DNA of 64,000 bases, taken from positions 16,951,799 through 17,015,798 of the forward strand of contig CM119271.1 in assembly GCA_051294375.1 (NCBI GenBank). The letters are read 5' to 3'. Position numbers and translations under genes: made by a program. The stretch comes from Paraspadella gotoi (taxonomy: Eukaryota; Animalia; Chaetognatha). The notes below the pieces were generated by a model. That model worked only from the letters and a program-made list of their open reading frames with translations. It searched no databases and was not told the DNA's origin. Position 1 is the stretch's first letter. The number at the start of each line of letters is the position of its first letter. Shown here in pieces: positions 32,794 through 61,985 of this stretch.

Positions 32794-32963
32794 TTCTTTT
32801 TCTTTTTCCGCTCTCTCTCTTCCTCCCTCTCCATCACTCTCTCTCCCTCTCTCCATTCTTCTCCCCCTTCTTTTCTTCCATCCCTCTCTCCCCTCCCTCC
32901 CCTCTTTCTCCCCTCTCTCTCTCCTCTCTCTCTCTCTCCTCTCTCTCCCCTCCCCTCCCTCTC

Positions 32964-33002
<39 letters not shown>

Positions 33003-33190
33003 ATCTCTCTCTTCTCTCTCTTTCTCTCTCTCTCTCTCTTCTCTCTCCTCCTCTTATCTCTCTTCATTTTCTCTCTCTTTTTCTCTGGTGGACTCGCTCT
33101 CTCTCTACTCCGTAGAGAATTCGCATAATGAGAGCGAGAGCCTCCGAAATTCGTTGGCAAAAAAATTAGAAGAGAGAAAAAAAGATTTTC

Positions 33191-33236
<46 letters not shown>

Positions 33237-33594
33237 GAGAGAGATGAGAGAGAGATGAGAGAGAGAGAAGGGTAATATTACATATATATATACAAATTAT
33301 CGATTTATATTACATAATACAACAACAATAAAAAGAAGAAGGGAAGGGAAAGTGACCTAAATTTTGAAACAAAGAAAAAAAAGATTTCAAAAATGTTCCC
33401 GAAAATATTTGAAGAAGGGGAGAAATAGAAATTGAAAAAGAAAAAAAAATGGTAAAAATTTTTGTCAGGTTTTTTCCCTGTCGTCCCCGGAAACAATGAA
33501 GAGGGAGGAAGAAGATGAAAGAGGAGGAGCGAGGAAAGAAGAGGAGGCAGCGAGGAGAGAGGAGAGAGAGATTAAGAGAGAGAGAGAGAGACAT

Positions 33595-33647
<53 letters not shown>

Positions 33648-33829
33648 AGAGATAATAAGATCGCGTAATCCATTCCATCTTTTTCACGTGTTATTTCCCC
33701 GTATACATGACTACATGACTATGAAATTTATGAAAATTTATTGAAATTTTATGCAAACGTCTTATGGTTGATTAACTACTGTGCAAAGTTTCATTTCAAA
33801 CAAATTAGACATTAAACGAAATATGCCGC
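31388..33829. repeat. Large inverted repeat (foldback-like); arms ~31388-32400 and ~33040-33829, ~600-bp spacer
   Basis: GCGGCATATTTCGTTTAATGTCTAATT at the left end is the reverse complement of the right end. The inner landmark GCCAACGAATTTCGGAGGCTCTCGCTCTCATTATGC is also mirrored. Confidence 0.88.
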
Positions 33830-34333
33830 CGAATGAGGAAGGAGGGGTTCAGCACGAAGGCATCGTCATCCTCCCTTTCCTCATCTCTTCTCCTTCGAGC
33901 CGCGGGATTCGGGGTCCAGGGTTGTTCGTTTCAGAAATATTCACTCCACCTTTTTCCCTCTCTTTAGAACAGACCTAAACTTGTTGTTATTTATTCGTTC
34001 CTTTTTTTTCTCCTTTCAATAAACGCCTTTTCTCTCATTCGAATATTATTTTTGCCAGAGACATGATTATAGGGTGGCGCCCAATGTGGGAACGTCGTCC
34101 TTTAACCACGTTTCTCCCCTCTCTTTTTCACCTCTCTTTTTCCTCTCTTTGGGAATACTACTCAAAAAAAAAAAATAATATATATTTTTTTCCGTTCGTC
34201 CGTTCTCGAACGACAGTTTTTTTTTTTTCTCTCTCTCTTCTCTTTCCAACTGAAGAGCGGAAGAAGAAAGGAAGGCAAGAAGAAAAGGAAGCAATCTTCT
34301 CTTCTTTTNNNNNNNNNNNNNNNNNNNNNNNNN

Positions 34334-34371
<38 letters not shown>

Positions 34372-34812
34372 GAGTGGCCGAATGCTAGATTTTCCAATCC
34401 TGGTACTCGAAACAGTTGCAAAGTAACAACAACAACAACTGACAAATATGCCTTTGGTTCTCGGTTTTCCGCAGAAAAGGTTTTAAAGGTCAAAGCATAT
34501 AAAAGTTTCACGCCAGACTTTTTGGTGAGGGTAAAACGCGGAATAAGGTCAATGTTTAAATGATTAAGCTGAATAATTAATTTATTTTGCGACGTTGTTA
34601 ACAAATTGCAATTAATTTTGATGGATTGAATGACTGATTGATTGATCGATTAATTGATTGATTTAATGGTTAATTGATTGACAAATTGGACTTTTAAAGG
34701 ATGATTGATTGATTGATTGAAAGCTAAACAAATTTAGTAATTGAAAGATGGATTGATTAGTTGAAGGATTGATTTAATGGATGAGTGATTGTTTCATTGA
34801 TTCACTGAGTAG

Positions 34813-34903
<91 letters not shown>

Positions 34904-34909
34904 TTTTTT

Positions 34910-34979
<70 letters not shown>

Positions 34980-35024
34980 ACTTAATCGAGTGAATGATCG
35001 TTCAAAAAGTCCATTTAAACTTAC

Positions 35025-51319
<16,295 letters not shown>

Positions 51320-51643
51320 CTGTTGTGGAAGGAGGGAGGGAGGGGAGGAACGAGAGAGGAAGGGAAGGAGGGAGGGAGGGGAAAGGAGGAAGAGGAGGAG
51401 GAAGAGGAAGGAGGAGAGGGAGGGAAAGGAGGAAGGAGGAGGAGAGAAGAGGAGAGGAGGGAGGGAGGGAGGAAAGGAGGAGAGAGGAAAAGGAAAGGAG
51501 AGGAGGAGGGGAAAGGAGAAGAGGAGGAGGAAGAGGAAGGGAAGAAGGGATTTAGGGGGAGAAGGAAAAAATTTTGTTATTAAACTGAGAGAGGACTCGG
51601 ATCAAAATCTGTTCAGAAAATTAGCGGGCATAAAGGGGGAGGG

Positions 51644-51674
<31 letters not shown>

Positions 51675-51679
51675 AGAGA

Positions 51680-51728
<49 letters not shown>

Positions 51729-51780
51729 GAATTCGGGGTTAATTACGAACAACATTAGCCCTTCATCGAAGTTGACATCA

Positions 51781-51822
<42 letters not shown>

Positions 51823-51997
51823 TTATCGACTCATCTTTCATTTTGGAATAAAAAAAAACTGTTTTGTTTTGTTTTTATTTTTGTTTTTATCATCTTCGTG
51901 TGATTCCATCGTCATCGTTGTTGTTGTCGTTTTTGTTGTTGTTCGTCGTTAATTTACATTCATAAAGCATCACTCAACGTCTGTACCATCTTAGCCT

Positions 51998-52037
<40 letters not shown>

Positions 52038-52542
52038 TATCGTCCTTCTTCATCTTTCAGAAATCGACGACCACAAGAAATATAGACGACGACGACGACG
52101 ACGACGACGACAGCCGTTGGCGTCTTCAACGTGGTCATGATAATAAGTTTAACATAAACAATCATCGTTCAAACTTTTAATATAAGAAAATGCTTCCAGT
52201 TGTAAAGCTCATGATGAAATCTCATTTAAAGTCTCACTGACATAAAATCCCTAAAAAAAAGATTTCTCTTTGTGGGAGATAATCTAATCTGTTACAATAT
52301 GTAAATTGAATTAAAAAAAAGTTTCCTTACAACTCAAAACTTCTGTCATTAACACGATAGGAATGTAAGGTGCAAGAGAGGAGAGGTCAGAGTTGGGTAA
52401 AAAGTCAATTTTAGTATTTTAGTATCTATTTATTATGTTCTTATACAAACGCGATTTTTTTTCCATTAAAATACAGAAAAAGATGCTTCTTTGGTCAAAA
52501 TAGTCGACAGATAAACAGTCGACAAAGTTCCTGCCCACGTAG

Positions 52543-52617
<75 letters not shown>

Positions 52618-52772
52618 GCGGATTTCCCCTCGAATTTTTCACCGGAAGTGGCGGGGCTTCGTCTGAGACGCGATCCCGAGATTCGAAGCATAAAAAATCG
52701 CCTATGGGTAATGGAAATATAATGACGATAAGAAATAAGCGGGGGAAGAGAGGGGGTGAAGGAAGCCAAGTA

Positions 52773-54853
52773 TGTCATCCTTCAGAATCGCTTTCCCCCG
52801 GGGGCGGTTGCGGGGCGGCCCCCGGAGTGGCCCCGCGGGGCCGCCCCCAGGCAGGCAAATCTTTACCGCCTGGGGGCGCGCCCCTGTAGCCTCTTTTTGG
52901 GGCCCCAAGGGCCACTCCAGGGGAATCTCCCTGGGGCTAGAAAAACCTTTTCCCCCGGGGCCACCCCCCAGGGGGATGATTTCTGCCCCCTGGAACGGCT
53001 CTCTCTCCCTCCTATCTCTCTCTTCCTCTCTTCTCCTCTCTCTCTCTTTCCTCCCTCTGTTTTCTCTCTCTCTCTTTCTCTATCTATTTTTTTTTTCATC
53101 TTCCATTATAATAAAATATAAAATTTAATATTTTTCACTTCTATTAATCAATCAATGGACCAATAGCTGTACCAATACAACTTGCATAATTTTGGTCAAC
53201 TTACATATTTAGTCAAATGACATTAATTTGGTCACCTGACATTAATTTGGTCAACTAATATATGTGTAGTCAACTTTAGAATTTGGTAAACTTTTTATAA
53301 TTTGGTAACTTTTGATATTTGGTTAACTTTAACAATTGGTCAACTAGCAAAGTTTTGGTAATTTTTTGATAAGACTTATGTATAGACTTTCGATTTTCGT
53401 TGTTTGGGCATTAGGAGAGAAAAACAATTTTATTTGTTTTGACAACAAATTTTTTATAATTTAGTCAATTTACTTTAATTTGGTTAACCTTCATAATTTT
53501 CTTAACTTTTATAATTATGGTGAACTTTATAATTTTGGTAAACTTTCATCATTTGGTTAAAATTTATATTTGTAAACTTTCATCATTTGGTTAAACTTTT
53601 ATATTTGGTTAAACTTTATAAATTTAATCAACTTACATAATCAATCAACTTTTCAAGTCCATTCCTATATTAGCATTAAACTCTAATTTTTTATTGTAAT
53701 TAGATTAGATGGATTTGGAATAAAATTTTGTATATGGGTAGAAAAGTTATGTGATTAGCTAGATATAAAGTTTTGCTAAGACTTTGTCTCTCAACCGTCA
53801 GCCTCTGCTTAACAACGTGAGTTCATCATAGGCGCAATCTACAAACTGATGATTATTTAATTACAAAATCCTAAATGAAAAAATTTTATTTCACGATGTG
53901 AAATAATATTGATCATGAATTAAAAATCTTGATAAATAGTTTTTATTATTTTTTGTGGGGCTCCATAATTCCTAAGTAGGTGTGTTGGTCATTGCCTATT
54001 ATTAGTTTGGTGATTTATTTAATTCTTTTTTGAACATCAAATTATGAATATTTATTTTAAAATTATTGTCTCTCTCTATCAGTCCATCAGTATGTCGATC
54101 CAACAAAAAAAAAACGGAAAAAAAATTAAAAAATAAGAAAAAAAAGACAGATGACTGATTAGCTTTTTACCACTAATTTTTGGCCACGTCCTACATTGTT
54201 TGCTCAAACTTGTTTTCTATATCTAATTTAAAATAAAATAATTGGGTTAAAAATACAAATATTATAATTTTTAGATAAAAATAAGGAATAAACAAATAAC
54301 AAAAATTTGAAAAAAATGTATATTTAATTCAGTTACATGAAACAAGTCTTGAAAGAAAGAAAACAAAATTTAGAGAGAAAGAAAAAGAGAGAGAGAAAAA
54401 AAAGAAAGAGAGAATGAGAAAAAGAGAGAAAAAAAAGAAAGAGGAAGAGAAAGAGAGAGAGAGAAAAAAAAGTAGAGAGAAAGGAGAGAGAGAGAGAGAG
54501 AGTAACAGATAGGGAGAGATATTCTCAGATACAATAACATAGTCAGAAAGTATATTTTCTCATCTAAACTTTGCTCTCTCCCTAACTCGCCCCTGGGGAG
54601 CAGTTTTTTGCTCCCCAAGGGGTTACCCCCAGGGGCAGACTTTTTTTTGCCCCAGGGGGCTAGCATTAGGGCGCCCCTAATAGACCCAAAATTGTTGGCC
54701 AGGGGGAACCCCCCTGGGGCTGGCCCGCCCTGGAGGCAATTCCAGAGGGGGCGGCCCCCTCAATGACATTTTAACAGCTCCCCTGGAATTAGGCCTGCCC
54801 CCTGGGGCCGCCACCTAGAGCCACCCCGTGGGCGGAGGATTTGGGAGATGACA
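52773..54853. mobile_element. Putative non-autonomous DNA transposon (~2.1 kb) with long, imperfect GC-rich TIRs, flanked by TA, AT-rich core
   Basis: Left end TA|TGTCATCCTTCAGAATC and right end GATTTGGGAGATGACA|TA are inverted matches. The GCCCC/GGGGC-rich subterminal blocks 52795-52998 and 54585-54835 align loosely in inverted orientation. Confidence 0.6.
53180..53655. repeat. Degenerate ~20-bp minisatellite (ATAATTTGGTCAACTTT-like) inside the TIR element
   Basis: Recurring TTTGGT(C/T/A)AACTT. Confidence 0.8.
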
Positions 54854-55017
54854 TATCTCAGGGAAGCAGGGAGTGGGGAGTGGGGGAGGAGGGGAAAGAG
54901 GGAGGAGGAAGGGAAGTTAGGAGGAAGAGGGGAAGGGAAATATGAGGTAAAAGACATGAGGTTGTGGGAGATAGAAAATGTTAAAAGAGAAAAGGATGAA
55001 GATAGGAATGAAGAAGG

Positions 55018-55152
55018 GAGAAAGTAGAAGAAAATAGGAAAGAGAAAAGAGGAAGGGAGAAAGTAGAAGAGGATAGGAAAGAGAAAAGAGGAAGTTGAAA
55101 GTAGAAGAGGATAGGAAAGAGAAAAGAGGAAGGGAGAAAGTAGAAGAGGATA
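55018..55152. repeat. ~38-bp purine-rich tandem repeat
   Basis: GAAAGTAGAAGAGGATAGGAAAGAGAAAAGAGGAAG occurs about 3.5 times. Confidence 0.85.
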
Positions 55153-55797
55153 TTATGAGAAAAAAGAAAAAAGTGAAGAAAGAAGGAAATGGTACGAGAG
55201 AAGGAATTTTCCTTTTTTTAAGAATTTAGTTTTCAAATCGAATAATTTATTAACTCTTTTTTTGCGTTACAAAATAAGACTCGAAAAAATAGTCGAAACA
55301 TGTCCGTTTCAAAATAAAACTCGTTGTTTGTAAACAAAAATAAACTTTGTTTTCTCTCTTAAGATTTACTCTAAATATATTTTCTTGCGAGGCTTGAAAC
55401 TACTGAGTAACCGAGAGATACCCGGGGTTCCAATTGGTATGACTTCGACGCTGCCTGTGGACGCCAATGACCTGACAACTTTGTTACCATGACGACGGGA
55501 CATCAGGGTCGGCCCAAGACAGAGACGGTACGACGAGGTAAGAAAAGAGAGGTCAAAAAGAGAAGTAAAAATAAAAGAGAGGACGATAAATGACGAGATA
55601 AACGAAAGCAAAACAGAGATGTCAAAGAGAAAAGTCAAAACGAAAGGGAGAAAAAAATAACGGAAGCGAAAAAAGAGAGGTAAAATAGAGAGGTCAGAAC
55701 AAAAGAAAGGTGAGAAGGCAGGGTCAACACAAAAGGGAATTTGGGAGAAAGGTCAACATTTCAGAGTCTGGACATTTCCTGAAAGGTCACCCAATTC

Positions 55798-55841
<44 letters not shown>

Positions 55842-55895
55842 CAGTTATCGTGGAATCTGGTAGTTGTAGGAGCTCTCTCTCTCTGCCTCTCTCCT

Positions 55896-55958
<63 letters not shown>

Positions 55959-56288
55959 ATCAGAAAAACATTTATGAATTTAAACTTGTGACGAGTTTGA
56001 GTCAAAAAGCCAAAAAGTAATAGAGGGAAACCCCGTTTCTTATCTCACTTGGTCTTTCTTTCTTTCTTCCTTCTTTCTTTCTTTTATTCTGTCTTTTTGT
56101 CTTTCTGTCTTTCTATCTTTCTTTCTAGTCTTTTTTTCCTTCCTCTTCCCGATTCCGCCATTTTTTTTTCTCGGAAAAGACGGTAATAAACCGATAATGG
56201 GTCGTCGTCGTCGTCGTCGTCTTCATCGTCGTCGCCTTTGTCCTTGTATTCCAACATTACGACGCAGGCATCCTCTCCCTCTTGTTCA

Positions 56289-56345
<57 letters not shown>

Positions 56346-56920
56346 TCTCTCTCTCTCTCTCTCGGGAAAATCGACTCTTGGGTATTTTTTTTTCAAGAAA
56401 ATTTCGTCTGAAAAGAAAGATTGTGTTTGTCTCTCTCTCTCATTTCTCAGTGCAACTTTCGCCTTGTCTTTCTTCTTTTTTAAAATTAAATAATGATATC
56501 TCCATATATAAAACATATCGACATAATTCGTACAAAGAAGGGTTGTCTATCGGCGAATGTAGTAAAGAGAAAATAGTTAACAATGCCATAAAAATTTCCC
56601 CTAAGTATGAGGGGTGATGATGCATCTTTTACCAAATTTTCATCGTATGCGGACTTTCTGTATTTACGGCTTCCAAGCAATCGTTTTAAAATATGTAATG
56701 ATATGAGTTTTTCTAACTTTACCAAAAAGTGTTTTTAAAAGTTTTTATATTTACCGACCAAAAAGTTTTGAACGTGTGATTCTCTAAAATTAAAATAAAA
56801 TTAAAATCGTTTAATTAGTATAGAAGTTATTCTAAAAAACATTGTTGTTTTATTCGAGAATAAAAACAAAATGAAAAAGATTGGGAGAGACGTTCTGGGT
56901 AAAATCTTAGATTGTGGGAA

Positions 56921-57001
<81 letters not shown>

Positions 57002-57427
57002 AAACTGTTAAAAGGCAACATTTTTTTCCTCAAATAGAGAAGACTAATTTTCAACTTCGCCTGAATTTAGTTGCAGAGTTCGTCAAACTTTGAGAAGGGA
57101 GCCGTCCCTTGGGGGAGAGAGAGGGAGACAGAGAGATAGAGACAGAGACAGAGTGAGAGACAGAGATAGGATCTTCACTTTGACGCTCTGGTTCTTGTTG
57201 GTGGAACCGAAGAAAACTTGAAAATTGGCTTTTTTTTTAGGAATTTTATGGAGAGAGAGAAAAATAGGAGGAGAAAAAGAAAGAGAGAGAGAGAGAGANN
57301 NNNNNNNNNNNNNNNNNNNNNNNNNNNNNNNNNNNNNNNNNNNNNNNNNNNNNNNNNNNNNNNNNNNNNNNNNNNNNNNNNNNNNNNNNNNNNNNNNNNN
57401 NNNNNNNNNNNNNNNNNNNNNNNNNNN

Positions 57428-57465
<38 letters not shown>

Positions 57466-58086
57466 AATAGCAAATGGGATATATGGGAAAAAAGAAAAAA
57501 AATAAATAGATGGTCTCTCTAAAGATCAGAAAATAAAACATAAATAATTTTTCAAATTTTAATAAAATACAGTTTTACATCATCAGTCACATAAATTTAA
57601 ACGTTTTTGTTTGGGTATTATTAGGTTTATTAGGTTTATACTGTATAGTTATTATTATTTTACACGGTATTACTTACAAAATGTTGCGAATGCGGTAAAA
57701 GACATTATTAATAACAAATAAGGTCAACAAAATTTATTTCCAGACTTGCTGCATTATACGCTTTCTTTCGTATGTATGTACGTATGGTCGCTTTTTTTTC
57801 TTTCTTATGGACTCATTTCGATCCCTTTTTCTTTGTGTTTCAGTTGTTTGAGTTCGTTGTTCGTTTCTACCTAAAATTTTTACAGCATCAGTGAAAAAAA
57901 TTAGCCAATTAAAAAAAACTGATTACATAAAGCCGATGTGAAACTCAAATAACATTTCACTGCAATCTGAAAATTATATTTTCCCTCCCTAAATGTTTTG
58001 AAGAAGAGAAATCAGGAAAAAAAGAGATAGAAAGAGAAAGTGAGAGAGAAAGAAAGAGTGAGAGAAAGAAAGAGAGAGAGAAAGAA

Positions 58087-58132
<46 letters not shown>

Positions 58133-58406
58133 CGACATCACCCAGAGGGAGCAACAATTTCGATTGTCGGCAACAACGACGTTTTTTGCCTCCTGTGACA
58201 AGACCGGCAGCGGCGGNNNNNNNNNNNNNNNNNNNNNNNNNGCGGCGGCGGGGCGGCGGCGGCGGCGGCGGCGGCGGGCGCGGCCCGCGCGACGACGGCC
58301 GCGCGCCGAGTGTGCGGGTTGGCCGGGATGACCGATTGTCAGAGGCAACACCATTGTGCGAGGAAAGACTTCTCTCCCCGGGGAAAAGGGAAAAAAAGGA
58401 ATGTGG

Positions 58407-58443
<37 letters not shown>

Positions 58444-58634
58444 CTCTTCTCTCTCTCTCTCTTCTCCTCCCCAACCAAAGAAAAGAAAAAGTAGACCCTT
58501 TTCTAACCATTAAGGGTCATTCGCCGGAGGGACTTCCCCATTCGTTCTGTTTTGGCTTTTGGAACAAAAATCACGAACTAAAAAAACATTTGATGCTTTT
58601 TTTATTGTGGTTTATCCCGGGTTACTGAGGCGTT

Positions 58635-58675
<41 letters not shown>

Positions 58676-58917
58676 CCGTCGTGTCGATATACGTTTACCT
58701 TTCAAAACCATTTTTAATCATGAGCCCCTTTTTTCCGTTATCGTTTTCGTCATAAATGGATAAACGTTCTTTTTATGTCATCATATCGTCACGGACTTTG
58801 TCGAAAGATCGTATTTCTGTCATCATCCGAGTCATCATCATCAGCCTTTGTCCCGTTTTCAACCTTGTTCGTTCGTCTTCGTCATCACGTGCTTCATCAC
58901 GGCGCGTCGTCGTTCGT

Positions 58918-58955
<38 letters not shown>

Positions 58956-59603
58956 TCTATTTTGTGTCATCGTCGTTATCTTTCTATTTTTCGTCGTTGT
59001 CGTCAGAACTCAGAAGTGTCGTCATCATCTGCTTTGTCCAAGTCGTCGTCATCATCATCTTTGCATTGTCATCATCACAATCATCATCTCATCATCATTT
59101 CATCGTCATCTCTTCTCTCGCAATTCTCTTTCATTTATTTTAGTTTCTTTTTTTTCTTTTTCTTTTCATTTGTTTTCGTTTTTAGTAAGAGTTTTACTTT
59201 TTCTTCTCTCCTCCGTTTCCCCCAAAATTACTCCGCCAATATCTACGTTTTGCTATTTTTTGTTGTGTTATTCGTCGTCGTCGTCGTTCGTCGTTCTTCT
59301 CGTCGCTTTTGTTGTTCGGTCGTCGTGGTCGTCATCGGAACTATTTACTTTCAATTGAGTAGAGAAAGAGGGAAGAGAAACAAATATGTTTGTTGAACGA
59401 AGATACTTTTCTCTTTGTCGCGCAGTGAATTTTGATTGGTAATCGCATCTAAAATGACGTTTATTTCCTCTGTGCTTTAGTCTATTATGGTATACCTTTC
59501 TTTCGTGTGTCTACAACGATGATGAGTGAAATGTCCTCAGATTTTTTCTAAGGGCTTCGTTGAGCTCTATTTTCGAGCTTTCATCAAATGCCTACTATCT
59601 CTG

Positions 59604-59641
<38 letters not shown>

Positions 59642-59700
59642 CTCTCTCTCTCTTTCTTCCTCTCTTGCTACACATTTTCTCTGTCAAATAAATTAACTTT

Positions 59701-59746
59701 AACCGCTGATTGAAAGCTCGAAAATAGAGCCGAAACATGTACGTTT
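59701..59746 (+). ncRNA. Minimal hammerhead motif with an inverted partial copy at 59562-59587 (short PLE-derived element, ~59508-59780)
   Basis: AACCG-CTGAT(T)GAA-AGCTC-GAAAATA-GAGC-C-GAAACATGTA-CGTT. The inverted copy reads TGATGAAAGCTCGAAAATAGAGCTC without the extra T. Confidence 0.62.
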
Positions 59747-60639
59747 TCTTATGAAAATAAAAAAATCGTGTTGTAAACATTTCAAACGTCTCTTATAAGT
59801 CTATATATATATATATAAATAATATATATATTTATATTTTATTTCATATATTAATCCCAAAATCTAAATTACAATCGCTCACATTTCGTGAATCTTCATG
59901 TGAATGAAAGTAGAAAGGACCTGAAGAAATAATTCACATAAAAAAAGAAAATGGAAAATTAATTGGATTCGGTGTGAACGAGTTGTGCGCGATCACGTGA
60001 ATGAGATGCGTGAGGTGAGGCGAACCAAACGAAGCGTACGGAGGCGAAAAAAGTCACTCGTTTGAGTTGAAATCTTTGCTCGTTCACGTGAACACTTACA
60101 CGAGATCATGTAAATTCGATTTCTAAATATCGTAAATGCTTTCAATGAATAAACTTTTAATTCACGGGAATTCACATTCACGTCAAACGTGAAAACAAAC
60201 GAGGACATTTTAAACAAGATTCTCAATAAACATATCACAAAACTACATATCACAAGAATTACGTATCACAAGTACTCGCCTTTTCACGATGAACACTTTT
60301 CTAAATCTCGTGAACGCACTGCTTTTTCTACCACGTGAACACCCTTATAAATCACGTGAACACCGCACGTGACCGCATTCGAATTTGCTTCGCTCAACCT
60401 CTTTTCTTCTTTTTTTTCTTTTTTTTTTTTTCTTCTTTTTATTCTTCTTTCTTTTTTTTTTTCTTTTTTTCTTCTTTCTTTTTATTCTTTTTTCTTTTTC
60501 TTCTTTCTTTTTTTTTTCTTTTCTTTTTTTTTTTCTTCTTTTCTTTTCTTTTTTTCTTCTTTTCTTTTTTCTTTTCAATTTTGAAAACGTTCGTGAGAAT
60601 TTTTTCAAAAATCTAGAACGGTGAGAAAGGTTAAAAAGT

Positions 60640-60845
60640 GATAATGTGAAGGTGTTAAGATGCGAAATGTGGAGGAATGAGTTAGTGTGTGACGACCGAG
60701 TGAAGGTGTTAAGAGTGAATGTGTGAGACCAAGTGAAGGTGTTAAGATGTGAATATGTGACCGAGTGAAGGTTGTAAGATGTGAATGTTTAGACACGAGT
60801 GAAGAGAGAGTGATATAGCATGGTGAAGATGTGATGTGAGACCAT
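60640..60845. repeat. Degenerate ~34-bp tandem repeat (GTGAAGGTGTTAAGATGTGAATGTGTGAGACCGA-like)
   Basis: GTGAAGGTGTTAAGA and close variants recur four to five times. Confidence 0.75.
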
Positions 60846-61815
60846 GAGATAGTGTAGTTGCTAGTGTGGATGGGGTAAGGTAAGAACTCGTGCGGGATTG
60901 TTTAGATGTCCAGCATGGAGTTCATCACGATGAAGTCCGTCTGCGGACTGAGTTTTTAAAAACGCGGGTAAAATGGGATAATGGCGTAATAAGGTAATGG
61001 AATGGATAAAGGGTAAATGGGATAATAAAGTAGAAAAGCGTGATATGAGAGCAATAAAAACGGCGAAGTTTCGGTTTAGAAAAAAAAAATAGAGTGTGAA
61101 CTAAATTTCGACGTCAGTGTGAATTCATCACGATAACGAAAAACGGGAATTCAACGAGGGGAGTGACTTGGTGAGTGGGCAGGAGTGAGGGAGTGGTTGA
61201 CAGGGATGACTTGGTGAGTGGAAGAGGTGGAGCGGCCGAGTGAGTTGCGAATTATGAAAGGAGGAAAAACCTAAATGAAGGATTTTTGTCGAAGATTCCA
61301 TGAGAAAAATATAAGTGAATGCCGTAGGAAGGAGAGATTTGGTTGAGATGGCAAAGGATGAGACGGACGTGTAGACGGATGTGAGATGGTAAAATTATAA
61401 AGGAACAGAAATGGGCACTTCTCGGAAAAAAGAGCCCATGTAATGAGATTAGCGTTTTATCGATGAAAGGCCAAAAAAAAAATCCCGAGATGCGTAAAAC
61501 GAGACGGCACTCTAAAGAGAAAAAAAGTGAGATGGTAACCAGTCACCTATGGGATCTCTCTCTTGGCTGCTGCGGGGGCAAGAGTCACGAGCGAAAAGAA
61601 TTCTGATCGACGCTTCATCGTCTGCTGCGGCTGCCGCTGCCTTCGCCGCCTCAGCCGCCGCCCCCACCCGCGCATGCCACTTTGCTTTTTTTTCGCCCCC
61701 GTTCCAATGTGCGGGGCAATTTTCCATTCCATGTTTACGAATTTCCCTCGAAAATTCTGTGTCGAGTTGATTTTCTTAATCTAGACCATATAAAGTTATA
61801 TATTCATATAATAAA

Positions 61816-61985
61816 AAAGCAACTCTATAAGTCACTTTCCGTCGCGTCGGTCGCCAGTCGGTCGGTCAGTCGGTATTGTCTGTCCGTCAGTCGGTCCCAC
61901 TTATGTTAAAAACGTTATAAATTTGCTATAGTTTGTTGCTCATTTTTGTTAAAAATCAAACTAAGCGACTACTGGCACCGCTTTT
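61816..61985 (+). mobile_element. Monomeric Helentron-associated (HINE/DINE-1-like) short element
   Basis: AGCAACTCTATAAG, an internal (TCGG/TCAG)n microsatellite, an inverted CTATAGTTTGTTGCT and a T-run match the subterminal-IR-plus-microsatellite layout of HINEs. Confidence 0.6.

Noticed and set aside
61512-61784. GC-rich Ala-rich overlapping ORFs (also 58200-58380 and 2209-2420)
   Set aside because: They may be exons, but no domain or in-phase partner exon could be established, so they are not called.
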